Of a stretch of 64,000 nt of DNA, positions 38,139-50,470 are shown in pieces; position 1 is the stretch's first letter; each line of letters opens with the position of its first letter. A program made the position numbers and the translations under genes. This DNA comes from Felis catus (Eukaryota). The DNA is taken from NCBI RefSeq assembly GCF_018350175.1, contig NC_058379.1:22196001-22260000 (forward strand), written 5' to 3'. Below the pieces are notes generated by a model, which was given only the letters and a program-made list of their open reading frames with translations, was not told the DNA's origin and made no database searches.

Positions 38139-40407
38139 CATGAGCTCCTACTTTTTGTTCCAAATAATAGAACAGCACTCCTGGTCTGCACTCCTCACTG
38201 AAACCATGAGCTGGAAATCCCTCTGATATCTGCGGAGAATCCCACAGATGTGAGGGCCTATTACCTGATTGGTTCTAACATTTTGGGGTGGGAGCCTCAC
38301 CTCTGATCCATGGTCTGCTTCCCACAGGGTCTTACACATGGAGCATGTGCAAAGCAAACCGTCTGGTGAACATGAAACTAGTTTTGAAGGAGCGATAAAA
38401 TCACAAAAATCCCTTTTAATAGCTTTATCTTTGCTCCCCATTCCTCCAACTTTATGAAGTGACAAATCGTCTTAGGTATATAGAGACCATATGCACAAAC
38501 ACTTGTAACCCTATGGGAATACAAATGAGGAACACAGAAAGAGGTTACTGTTTCATTGAAAAGCCTATTTCAACACATTCAAATCTGTCAACATAATATA
38601 TCCAGATAATCTCTATTTTATAACTATAGCTTTTCTGGCACGCCAGGCTTAAGCCAGTAATCTCCCACTTATCATCCAAATCTCCTGCCAGCAAACAAGT
38701 TTTTAAAACTGAAAACAAATTAAGAAAATCCAAGTTTGGCACTAACATACTTGGCTTTCTGAAATCTCATAAAATTGCAGGCAATTCTCATTCATTCACT
38801 TACTCATCCATTCAGATTAACCAAGCTACTGAGAACATACCAGCAGCAAAGCACCCTGCTAGGCTCTATGCAGAATACAAAGATGCTGCACTTGGCCATG
38901 ATGTTCCTTTGCTGCAAAGCTATCTGCAGAGATGCCTACAGGCACACTGTGTGTATGTGGCACCCAGAGAAGGAAGACATGGCCCTTGGATCAGTCAGGG
39001 GCCACTGTGGGCATTTCAAACAGGAGAAAACCAATGCAGGGATGTATAAACACAAGGGATGGAACTGTTGAAAAAGAATCCTGGAGAAGACAAGGCAACT
39101 CCAGGGCCACTGGGTGGGGATGAGCTGTCCAGAGCAGAATTTGGAAGCTGGGACACCAGTGAAGCAAAAGGCAGACCTGAACCACAATGTGGCACTAGGA
39201 ACGGAGAGGAGGGACTAGAGGAGAAAGACAGGCAGAGCTCACAATTCCATCTGATGTCGGAATAGGGAGGGAGGAGGCAGCAAGCATGACTCAGAGGTTT
39301 GCAGCTATTCATAGAAAGAAAAGTTAGCAGGAGGAGCAGGCTTGGTGGGGAAAATTACAATTCGTGTCACCAGACCTTGCTAAAAATGTTGGTGTGTACC
39401 GTGCTTCTCCAAAGTATGCTACCAGTCCACTCATGACCTTTTTGCCACACCCTTATGCTAAATGTGAAGAAAATAGACTTCAAACAAATGTGGACACATT
39501 AGCAACCAACGCATTTCTTCTCAGCTTCCTAACGGTCTCACGGTATGAAACACTGAATGATATTTTAAAGCCGAATCCAATATGGTAAGGCCACCATCTT
39601 CTAGGGTAGAGACCCCAGTGACTTAACCTGCAGACCTGCATTCTTAACTTCACGTTTTTCAGGGACATTTTGCAACTTTCCCATATCTGTCCTATGAGTA
39701 TTACCTAAAGTGACACTGAGGACACTACTATTTCCTGGCACCCAGTCTCTGTGACAGTGGCTTTTGAGAGATGGCCTCGCTAGAAGAATGAGTGCACGAT
39801 CCATCCTAGAGGCAAAGATGTCTTGGTGTGCCATCTTCTCTCACCTGGCCACAACCCAACAATGGGCCCAGCTCACCAAATGTTCAATGGTCTTCCTCAC
39901 CAAAAGGCTTTCAAATTTTACTCTCACTTGACTGAAGCCTTCTTTCTTACAGACCCAGACTAATTTCTTTGAGGCCTCCCTTGCTAACTGCCTTAGCCAT
40001 GCCTACCTGCACAGATCAGCCTGAACAACAAATAAATTAAAACAAATGCTCCTGTTTGAAATCATTTCCTGGGAAACAAATGTCATTTATAGTGTCACTG
40101 AATAAGCAACTGGTATAAACAAAGCTGAATTTTGCTTAACCAAATCAATTTTGTCATTAATGTCGATAAAGCAATATGCGTGAAATGGTCTTTCCCTAAG
40201 GACTTGCTGAAGATGACACCTTTGAAAATTCCACATCATTTATGAATTTTTCCTTAATGTCATGTAATCACATGTTCTCTGTGAGATGAGAGAACTAGGG
40301 ATACATGGGAACCAACAACCAAAAGAAAAAAAAAAAAAACTGAGCGCAAACCATATTCTCTTTGTTTGTATCCAAACAGATATGTGATTAAGAATGCCAG
40401 CAATGGA

Positions 40408-40527
40408 GGGGCACCTGTGTGACTCAGTCAGTTAAGCTTCCAACTCTGAATTTTGGCTCAGGTCATGATCTCACAGTTTGTGAGTCCGAGCCCCACATCT
40501 CCACTGTCAGTGCAAAGCCTGCTTGGG

Positions 40528-40587
<60 letters not shown>

Positions 40588-40660
40588 CCCCTCCCCTGCT
40601 TGTGCTCTCTCTCTTTCTAAATAAATAAATAAATAAACAAACAAACAAACTTAAAAAAAA
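40408..40660 (+). mobile_element. CanSINE with expanded (CT)n (about 40530-40583)
   Basis: TSD AAGAATGC(C/T)AGCAATGGA. Confidence 0.9.
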
Positions 40661-43455
40661 AAGAATGCTAGCAATGGAATAAGAACCGTAACTCCTGTGT
40701 TTATTTATATTCCTAGCACATTGTTGGAAAGAAGTAAATACCTGCCAACAATTCCTGATACTTCCCAGAAATTGTTTTTACACGTGACAATATTTAGAGT
40801 ATTTTTTTAATCCTGATAACATGACTGTTACTAAGCCCAGCTGTTGGCACTATGCACTTTCTCTCACTATGTACCTAGAATAAGCTTAGGTGATCAAATG
40901 AGCTTCTCAAGCAAAATCCAGGACAGAAGTACCTGAAGAAGTCACACTTAATAGAGAAATTCTAATCCAAACCTCTACTGACTTCCCATTAAGGTAAAAA
41001 TAATGAGGAATTCAGGCCAAAATGACAAGATAGCATAGTGTGCCTATTTGATTGGTAAAAATCAATGCTGAGGATACCAACTGTTGCAAAGAATACAAAT
41101 CCACAAAATCTATTAACTGCCGGTGGGAGTCTAAATTGATACAACCGCTTTGGCCAACAGTTTGGGCATTATATAAGGGGAATTTTCACATTCCTACAAC
41201 CTGGCAATTTCACCCAAGAGAAACCCCTGCATGTGTACTAGAATTATCATGGTCACCCATCAACAGGAAAATGCATAAATGAAAGTGGCACACTCACATC
41301 CTGGACTGTTATACCGCAGTCAAAATGAGCCCCCCCCCTCTCCAAATCATATATTGTACAATACTCTTTTTATCAAGTTAAAAATGGCTGAAATGAAAAA
41401 CATGGGGCTTTTAAACTGTACATAAAAGAGATAAAACTAAATAAGAAGGAAAGAAAGAGGATAGTGAGCAAAATTTGGGATGGTGGCTCCCCTGGAGGGA
41501 GGGAGGCTGGAGGATGGGATTAGGAGAGAGAGCACAAGAAATGTGTGCCCACATTTTCTCTGAAGACATTTCTCCAAACACCAGGCTTCACTTAGTTAAA
41601 AAATAATAATAAAATAAAATCAGAGTGGTCTTTCCAAAAGGGAAGCTTGTGAGAGAAATGGCTCTGATTCCTTCTCCACCCGGGCGCATCAGCCCAACAG
41701 GTTAAACCTGGCTCTACCTGGCCCCTAAGGAAGAGAGATCATGAACAAAAATTCTCTCACCCTGTCTTCAGCCCACAAGCTTGTATCTTGCCTCTCTTCT
41801 AGCCACACACACACTTAGAGAACTACTGAGAGCCGGGGTTCCAGGGAGGGTGAGGAGAGAACACACATGAGCAGGCACAGACAGAGCCCTGGGGAACCCA
41901 CCCCGCTGCTGTCAGCACCGTGCGCGACAGGCCTACAGGGCACTCAATCCTTGACCACAGCAGGCAGGATGGCAGGATTCAGATCAGAAGCAGGGACAGG
42001 AGAGCGGTGTGGTGTCAAACATCTGAACTGCTGAGAAGCACGAGGAGGGCCAGGCCAAAGGGTCTTCCAGAGGGCAGAACAGAAGTGCCAGGAAGAAGTG
42101 GCAATTTTGGCTCCGCTTCAGAAGGGCCTTTTCTGTACTTGGAGACTTACCCATCTCCAGTGGCACCACGTACAAGTGGGCACCTCTGGGTAAGCCACTG
42201 AAGTTTGGTCATTTGGCTTCAGTTTCTCTTCCTGTAAAATGGGAATGAGGACATATTCCTGGAAAGGCTCACATGGGACTAAATGATGGCACAGGGCTGT
42301 ACAAATGTCAGGAATCATTCACTCCACCCGGACAAGTCAAATAACTATTCTGCCCATCTTGGAGTCTAGAAATGTTCAAAAGCAAAACTACAGAGCCAGA
42401 CTATGCAAGGACACACACAAGAAACTTGTTCCCTCCCCCTCCACCCCACAAACCAGTATCTGTCCCCACAACCTTATCAGCAAGCAATAAGAATTTTTCT
42501 TGGTACCCAAAGAATCTGCACATTTAAGATAACCTTGAAATGCCAACTGTCTACACACAGTTATTTTTAAGAAAAGAAAATGAGACATCTTTGCCCTTTC
42601 AACTAGAATAAAACAAAACAAAAGTGAATGCAATCAGGTTTTACTTCCATTAGAACTGGGGGACCCCATATTCATAAACATTATCTTGATCCCTATAGGT
42701 TAGTAATACCTGGTAAATACAGATGATTCAACAATGCTAACTCAGAGATGCGTGGGCATCTGGACACACATCTGGGACAGGCACAGACCATGGAGTACTA
42801 AAGGCCCAGGTCAGAATCTCTCTCCATTGCCTATTGGGCCAGTGACTCCTGACAAGCTACATCCTCCTGTCAAACCTCAGAACCCCTCATTTGTACAACA
42901 GTGTGGTGGTGAGGATGATGTGAATGTAACATAAAACAGTGTGGTCTATAGCTGACAATGACACATTTATACCAAATCACTGATGATCCCTATCATTGCA
43001 TATCTTGGTGAAGTGTTTATACACCTGACAGAGAATGGTAAGTGGGATAAAACACCATTTGGAAAAGGTCCTCTGTTCATTTGGTTGCCTAACTCTAAGA
43101 ACACTGTTCTGTGTGATCCGGATGGCACAGCTGAGTGAGCTTAGGGGCACCAAGACATCACATGAGAAAAGCACATGAAAAGTGTCAGCTTTCTGCCTTT
43201 TCAGGAATTAACAACAGTGATCCCCATTTTGGAGTGGGAGCCATCACTTAAGTCCAGTGGAGCTCTTGAATTCTCAGGGGCATCATAGACTGAAACATCC
43301 TCTAGAAGCTGTGTCCCAAGAAAGCTGGAGAAGGTCATATAAATCCTATAGTGAGTGACCTGAAGGCATACTGCTTGGCCAAGTGAAGTGACCAAGGTGA
43401 CCTGAGTTTCAGCAAACAGCAAGGCAGGGCCCTCCTGTTTGCAATGACAATGGAG

Positions 43456-43621
43456 CAGTTCTTCTCAGACCATGGTCCAGAGCAGCAGCATCTGGGAACT
43501 TGGGAGAAATGCCAAATCTCAGGTCCTCCTAGACTCACTGCTTCAGAAACACAGCAGAGGGGCAAGTACTTTGTGGCCCTTCTGGGAATTCTGCTGATGG
43601 CTCAGGTTTGAGGACCAATGG
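43456..43621. mobile_element. MER5A-like hAT-Charlie MITE (other hAT MITEs at about 45920-46097 and 47255-47411)
   Basis: cagttcttctca...gcagcagcatctgggaacttgggagaaatgccaaatctcagg...tttgaggaccaatg with imperfect TIRs. Confidence 0.7.
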
Positions 43622-44419
43622 CATAGAGTGATCTAAGACCTCGATGTTGAAACTAACCATCCCCAGGAAATACACTAAGGCAATAGCCAGTAAGAAAGGA
43701 GAGAAAGCCTTCAGTATCTTTCCCCCTTTCATCCATTTCAGTGGGCAGTGTTAGCTATCTCACTACCCGACTTCAATTTTGAAACCCATGCTGCTTGAAA
43801 CCCAGCAGGACACTTCTGGTTCTCCACAGAACGCTAAGATGGGCCCTTAAAATGCAGACACTGTGTCTGATGCATCTGTGAGTCTGCTGTGCCCCACCCA
43901 AGGCCTGGCAACCAGGGGTGTCAGGAAAAGTGGGAAATAAACTAAGTGACCAACTAAGGGGGGAACAAACAGTCCCAAGTACTGTGGGTCCCAAAGTACT
44001 GAACAAGGTGACTGTCCCCCTCAGTCCTTAACTGAGGACTTAGGTCCTGAACCAGAATCAAAGACTTTGGGGGAACTGACTCTGATTGGCTGCCTGAGGT
44101 TCCACAGTTACCAAGACCAGAGGGGCCTGGAGGCCCCAGATCACTCCCTCCCTCCATGTCCCCACTCACTCCTTTAACCCAAGCTTGTCAGAGGTCCTGT
44201 CAGAGGAGGTGGAGGTGGGAGGCGGGGGGCTCCCCCATTAGAGGTCAGGGCCCCCAGCCTTTAGAGGTTGGCCAGAGATATTATTTCTCCTGCTAGGGGC
44301 TTGTTCCCAAACATCCCTAGGCTAGTGGCAGTGTCCTCCAACCCTAGACGCCCTCTGTCACCATCACTGTAGCATCACCACCCTCCAACGTCAGATGCCC
44401 CAACTTGGCACATTCCTAC

Positions 44420-45096
44420 CTGTAGTAAGACAGCAGGCCGTTGCTGAGCACGAACCAGCGCCGCTGGTAGCCTTTCAGGTAGTTGGTCCACTTGAGCAGC
44501 CAGCCCTTGAAGCTGTCCAGAGGCAGTAAAGCCATGGGCGCAGTGGAGGTCGTGTCAGTCCCTGACATTGGAACCCCAAGAGGCGTCCTCGCCTGTCCAG
44601 GTCGCCCAAGGGGTAGCGGCTTTGACGCCGGCAGCGACCCGGGCTCGGGTTTGGTCCAGGGCACGCTCCCCGCTACTGGCCCGAGTGCCGGTAGCTGCTC
44701 TGGCGAGGTCTTGGGGAAGGGTCCAGCCCCTACACTTGAGCCCAACTCTTGCCAGGGCCCTGACCCCCGCTCCAATCCCAGCAGCAGTTCCGTTCCCGGT
44801 CTGGACTCTGGCCTTGGGTCGGACGTCTTCTCAGACGCAGGCTCCAGTCTCGGCACCGGCTCAGAAACTGGCTCCGACACCTGTTGTGACACAGGGTGCC
44901 GCTCAGGCTTCGGCACTGGCTGGGGCTGAGGCTTGGGCTGGGGCTTGGGCTCCGGCCCGGGGCCAGGCGTGGAAGCGCTCATGCTCGGCGCCGCCGTGTG
45001 GCAGGACAGGCAGGGGACAACCGTGAACAGCGACGAGAGTCCGCGGGAGCGGCCGCCACAGCCGCCGCCTCGGCACAGAGCGGCCGCTTTCCCCAT
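44420..45096 (-). CDS. OSBP2: OSBP2 (ORP4L) coding exon 1: Pro/Glu-rich N-terminus and first part of PH domain
   Basis: ATG at 45096 gives MGKAAALCRGGGCGGRSRGLSSLFTVVPCLSCHTAAP...FKGWLLKWTNYLKGYQRRWFVLSNGLLSYY(R), matching OSBP2 as I recall it. It ends at donor AG|GTAGGA (GT 44419-44418). 677 nt, phase 2, in frame with exon 2. Confidence 0.97.
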
Positions 45097-45850
45097 AGAG
45101 CCCGCCGACCGGAGCGCGGCCGAGTCGCTGGGAGGGGGAAGCCGGAGGCGGAGGCCGGGGGCGGGGCCGGGGGCGCCGTCACGAGCGCGCGGCACGGGGC
45201 GGGAGCACGCGCAGGTCCCCTCGCGGCCCCGTGCGCCCCGCGCTGCCTGCGCCAGCTGACTGTTGTCCTCCCCGCGCTCAGCGGGCCAGACTTGGACCCT
45301 TGTCCCTCTCTCGCGTCGCCAGCGCCTGGCTCAGGTCTGGCCCTGGGAAGGCTCTCTGGAAACACCTGTGGCGCTAGAGCTTGGCGACGGGCGACGCGGA
45401 AGGGACCGCGCGCTTCAGGCCACCATCCCTGCCTGCGCCCCAACCCGTGCCAGGCGCTGGGGGAACAATGATGAATGCGGAGCCCGCCGGCTTCCAGCGC
45501 AGCTCTGCCTGCCGCGCCCAGCGCCGGCGTTCCCTGTCAGGGGTGGGTTCGCTCCCCAAAACCCAGGAAAGCGGGGGTGGGGCGGTGCGGAGAGCAGGTG
45601 GTGCCGTGCTCAAAAACCGTGAAATGCGCCCGAAGCACCGGGACCCAGAGGGATGATGCTAAAAAGCTGAGGAGGACACCCACCGCCCCAACGGGAGCCA
45701 TTACCTATCTGTGGGTCCTTACCCCCCGCCCCTGACTAGCCAACGATCTGTCTCAATGGCGGAAGCCACTGCCGCCTCCGCCTCCTGAGCAAGCTGGCCT
45801 CTAGTTCAAGGCCAGCAGGGCACTTCGCTGCAAGTGGCGACATAGTTCAG
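44450..45850. promoter_or_regulatory. CpG island / OSBP2 promoter with GC boxes
   Basis: Sharp rise in GC and CpG content relative to the CpG-depleted flanks. GC boxes at 45158-45166 (GGGGCGGGG) and near 45196-45203; YY1/ETS-like CAATGGCGGAAG at about 45754-45765. Confidence 0.85.
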
Positions 45851-46099
45851 GCTCTCTAAAGAATAGAGAGTTTTTGTAAACTGAGCGTTTTAAGTATATA
45901 TATAAAGGAACATCTAAAAGCAGAGTTCTTAACTTGGACCTCCTGGATATCCTGGGTAATCTTGGCTGGCTGGCTGTGAAGCTTCTGCGATAGGCTGCAG
46001 AGTTTTATGTATCTGTGCGTCTTTCTAGGGAGATGGACCACGGTTTTCATGAGATTCCTAAAGGAGTCTGTGATACCAGAAAAGTTAAATATCACTGAT

Positions 46100-46674
46100 T
46101 TTTAAATGTTTATTAATTATTTAATAATTTTTAATGTTTATTAATTATCTATTAATAAACATTATTAATTTAATGTTTATTAATTAAATGATTATTTAAT
46201 GTGTGCTCTCTTAATCTATTATTAGTATTAATATTATATATTATTATATATTATATAATGTTAATCTATTTAATCTATTAATAAAATAATAATTTTTATT
46301 AATTTTTGGTGGGGGTGGGGCAGAGAGAGGGAGAGAGAGAATCCAAGCAGGCTCTGCACTGTTAGCGGAGCCTGACCTCACCAATGGTAAGATCATGACC
46401 GGAGTTGGATGCTTAACCGAATGAACCACCCAGGCGCCCCTAAATAATACTGATTTTTTAAAAATTTTTAATGTTTATTTTTGAGAGAGAGAGAGACAGA
46501 GTGCAAGCAAGGGAGGGGCAGAGAGAAAGAGAGAGGGAGACACAGAATCTGAAGCAGGCTCCAAGCTCAGAACTGTCAGCACAGAGCCCAATGTGGGGCT
46601 ACAACTCACGAACTGTGAGATCATGACCTGAGCCAAAGTCAGATGCTTAACGGACTGAGCCACCCAAATGCCCC
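46100..46674 (-). mobile_element. Two tandem CanSINEs, the first with a roughly 200-bp AT-rich tail region
   Basis: Heads end at 46440 and 46674; repeated flank ACTGAT(T/A)TT. Confidence 0.8.
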
Positions 46675-47419
46675 AATAATACTGATATTAAAGGGAAAGG
46701 TTCATGGCTACCACAAATAATGGGAAATACAAATGGAAATGTTAGATTTGCAACTCCTACCCAGACCCTTCCATCTCTAGACCTCTGTGCAGGCTCCCCT
46801 CTGTTCATCCTAATGTGTCTTACCTTCCCTTTGCCCAGTTCTTTCTTGATCTTTGCTTGTGATAAGACTGCCTGTGCAGGGACCACCCTCCTACATGAAG
46901 TGATAGACTGAGCAGAGCAAGTTGGAAAGTCCTAGAAAAGGGTGGTGTAGGCACTGCCCAAACAGAACTCCTTGCCATCTTTGCTGGTGACTCTGGGACC
47001 TGCCCTTGAACGGTGATCTTACCTGCAGATTTTTGTGGGCTCTGGAGTGCAGACACCTGCTTCTCTTGATGTATCGGCTAAATACAAAGATGGCCCTCAA
47101 ACTTCAGTGTGTGGAGTCAAGGAAAAGTGGTTGCCTCTGAGAACTGGGCATTTGGGGAATGGAGCTGGGGTGTTTGCTTTTTTCATTTATATCCTTTGAA
47201 CCTTTTGAATGTTTTAACTGTGTGTGTTTCACATATTCAAAAAATAATAATTGTTTCAGCTCATCCCAAGGAAGCTTATTAGAAATTCAGTTTTCCATCC
47301 CCATCTCCCTGGGATTCTGAATCAGTAGATCTGGAATGGAATCCAAGAGTGTGCATTTTAATGAACTCCCCAGGGGTTTCTGAAGTGGGTGGATCATTGA
47401 CCACACTTTGATGGACAGT

Positions 47420-47630
47420 GATGTGGAGGGAAATCTTGGGCTTTGTGGGTCAGATCCACTACAGAAATCCCAGGCCAGCCACTACCTAGCTATGGGAACT
47501 TCAGCCACCTCACTTAGCTTCCTCTTGCTCATCTGTAAAATGAGGATAATAATCCCTACCTCACTGGCTGAGAGTAATAAAATCATGTCTGTAAAGCACA
47601 TTTGGCATAGTAGGTGTTTAGTAAGTATTT
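47420..47630 (+). mobile_element. MIR (others at about 2190-2260, 42200-42300, 50540-50670, 54730-54920, 56870-57060, 57640-57860, 59440-59590, 60380-60500, 62230-62390)
   Basis: MIR core ctcatctgtaaaatgaggataataat and its variants. Confidence 0.65.
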
Positions 47631-47910
47631 TCTAGCTATTTAACTAGAGGGTGCTCTGTGAAATGTATTAAACAGAAGCCAGAGCAGGAAGAGATGAGAC
47701 CAAGGTTAATAAGCTTGGAAAATAGCCACAACGATAGGAAAAGCTCAGTGCCTGCTATGTATGTGCCAGATGTGTTTACAACCCCAAGGAAGGAAGCCAA
47801 CTATTAAAAGTTTAATGATCTGTTTTGACTACTTCAATAAATGGATGATAGGATCTAAGTCACCCCACAGAGTGAAGAAGGTGTCACAAAAAGGGCAAGG
47901 TTTGGGGGGT

Positions 47911-48121
47911 GGGGCACCTGGGTGGCTCAGTCGGTTAAGCATCCGACTTTGGCTCAAGTCATGATCTCACTGTTTATGGGTTCGAGCCCCATATCGGGTT
48001 CTATGCTGACAGCTCAGAGCCTGGAGCCTGCTTCAGATTCTGTGTCTCCCTCTCTGCTCCTCCCCCACTCGCCCTCTGTCTCTCAAAAATGAATAAACAT
48101 TAAATTTTTTTTAAAAAAAGA
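47911..48121 (+). mobile_element. CanSINE
   Basis: Full SINE; degenerate TSD AAAGG(G/T)CAAGG(T/C)TTG. Confidence 0.88.
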
Positions 48122-48399
48122 AAGGTCAAGGCTTGCACTGAGTCAGAGGGGCAGGAAGTGGAAGGGCATTTAAGACAAAGGAATCAGTGTGCACAAAGTC
48201 CCAAATCAGGAGAGAAGACCTTGTCTGGGAAATGACAAAGAGCTCAGCATATTTGAAAAAGCTGGAAAGGAGATAAAACAGGGAGCTAAGCTAGATGGGC
48301 ACCATACAATCAGGAATACCCTATATCATACAGAAAGTGGGCCTCCTGGGCACTGGGGTCTCCTGGGAGATTTTTTTTTACATTTAAAGTGCCAGATTC

Positions 48400-50470
48400 C
48401 ACCTAATGGAGAAATGGCTGTCTCCAAGTCTGGGGCAGGAAATATGCGAGATGAGCCTGCCTGAGATATTTTGTCATGCCAGAAAGTAAAGAGGCTAGTC
48501 AAGACCACTGTGTGTCAAAAGGACTCAGATGCCATCTTTAAAGGGACTCCCACAGGCCAAAGACAGGACAACTTGAGCATCCAAAAGAATAATGATTACA
48601 ATGGGTCAAAACACCAAATATATAAAGATCCAGAAGTTAGGCCCACAGTTCCTAAAGTTACAAAAAAACCAAAACCAAAAACAAAAACTTATAGGTTGCT
48701 TTTGGTGACCAGCACCAATTCATTTTTCTGAAAACTGAGAATAAAGAGAAAGAATTAAGTCTGTATCTTTCCTTTCTTATACAAACCCTATCTCATAGTA
48801 ACCAAAGAGTTTATGAGGGAAAAATCTTTATAGATGTATTAGCTAATGAATGCAGAAGGAATAATAAAATTAGTGGTGCCTAGGTGGCTCAATCGGTTAA
48901 GTGTCCGACTTCAGCTCAGGTCATGATCTCATGGTTCATGGGTTCGAGCCCCATGTTGGGCTCTATGCTGACAGCTCACAGCCTGGAGCCTGCTTTGGAT
49001 TCTGTGTCTCCCTCTGTCTCTGGCCCTCCTCTGTTCACGCTCTGTCTCTCAAAAATAAATGTTTAAAAAATAAAATAAAATTTAGAAGAAAACATCATCT
49101 TTTGGCAACCCCAAATGAAATAATGGATCCAGGCAATGATCATCAAAGCTTCCTAGTGATGGGGTATATGGGCAACTTCATAAAGACTGATCAGGCTGTT
49201 GTCAGCTGAATCTACAGATCGATCTCACATCACTGAAAGTGAAACCACAGGATATTATGTGCTTCTGGATATGACCCAGTAGGAAACTCATAGCACCACC
49301 TATGAAGTATTTTTACTTCTCCCTCCTTTTCCCTCCAAAAGAAACCTCTAAACCTGAAACTAATCAAGCTTCTAGCTTGATCAATACAAAAGAAATGCAG
49401 AGGACAGAGGAACATGCTAAATGACCCAAGGAGTCAATCAGTCAAATTCATAAAATAGGAAAATCTAATCAGCAAAACTAAAGGGCAACCGATGGAATGG
49501 GAGAAGATATTTGCAAATGACATATCAGATAAAGGGTTAGTATCCAAAATCTATGAAGAACTTATCAAACTCAACACCCAAAAACCAAATAATCCANNNN
49601 NNNNNNNNNNNNNNNNNNNNNNNNNNNNNNNNNNNNNNNNNNNNNNNNNNNNNNNNNNNNNNNNNNNNNNNNNNNNNNNNNNNNNNNNNNNNNNNNNNNN
49701 NNNNNNNNNNNNNNNNNNNNNNNNNNNNNNNNNNNNNNNNNTTCAAATGACCTATTCAATAAATACATGGCCTAGGAAAAAAGATGGGAAAAGGAAAATG
49801 TTATCAATTTTAAAGACTTAAGAGACATATCAACCAGATGCAGTATGTGAACCTTGTTTGGGTCTTGATTCAAACAAACCAACTGTAAAAAATATATTTC
49901 TGGAACAGTTGGGTAATATTGAACAAAGAGTGGGTTTTAAGAAATATTAAGAAATTGTTAATTTTGCTATATGTGTTATAATGGTATTGTGATTTTTTAA
50001 AAGGATTTATCTATAGAGATACATTCTGATGTATTTATGAGTGAAATTATATGATATTTGGATTTACTTTAAAATAATACAGTTTTAGGGGCACCTGATT
50101 GGCTCAGCCAATTAAGCATCCCAACTTCTCTTAGGTCATGATCTCATAGTCCGTGAGTTCGAGCCCCATGTTGGGTTCTGTGCTGACAGCTTGGAGCCTG
50201 GAGCCTACTTCGGATTCTGTGTCTCCCTCTCTTTCTGCCCCTCCCCTGCTTGCACTCTGTCTCTCTCTCTCTCTGTGCGTCTCTCTCTCAAAGATAAATA
50301 AACATTTAAAAAATTACGAAAAAAAAAATAATACAGCTTTAAAAAGAATGAGGCAGGTGGGGAGCAGATGAAAAAAGAATGGCCAGATGTTGACAGTGTT
50401 GAAGTTGGGTGATGAGTACACAGGCATACATTATATTGTTTTCTCTGTTTTTGTGTAGGTTTGAAAATTA
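48400..50470 (+). mobile_element. Old L1MC-type 3' region containing a younger L1 ORF2 piece (about 49470-49600) and two CanSINEs (48874-49080, 50088-50328)
   Basis: ORF 49492 MEWEKIFANDISDKGLVSKIYEELIKLNTQKPNNP is L1 ORF2, and the flanks resemble 25400-28680. Confidence 0.7.

Larger units (their letters stand above)
11876..44419 (-). other. OSBP2: OSBP2 intron 1 (32,544 bp, GT-AG)
   Basis: Bounded by the exon 1 donor and exon 2 acceptor, and the reading frame joins correctly across it. Sequence below 11666 is intron 2, which continues out of the window. Confidence 0.92.

Noticed and set aside
41911-41933. RE1-like GTCAGCACC-5nt-CGACAGGCC (also half-sites at about 2269-2290 and 39121-39139)
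   Set aside because: Non-canonical spacing or orientation and imperfect halves; TCAGCAC is also common in CanSINEs.
44483-45735. Long overlapping ORFs in other frames and strands around exon 1 (148-191 aa)
   Set aside because: Expected from stop-codon scarcity in a GC-rich island; no recognisable product or splice structure.
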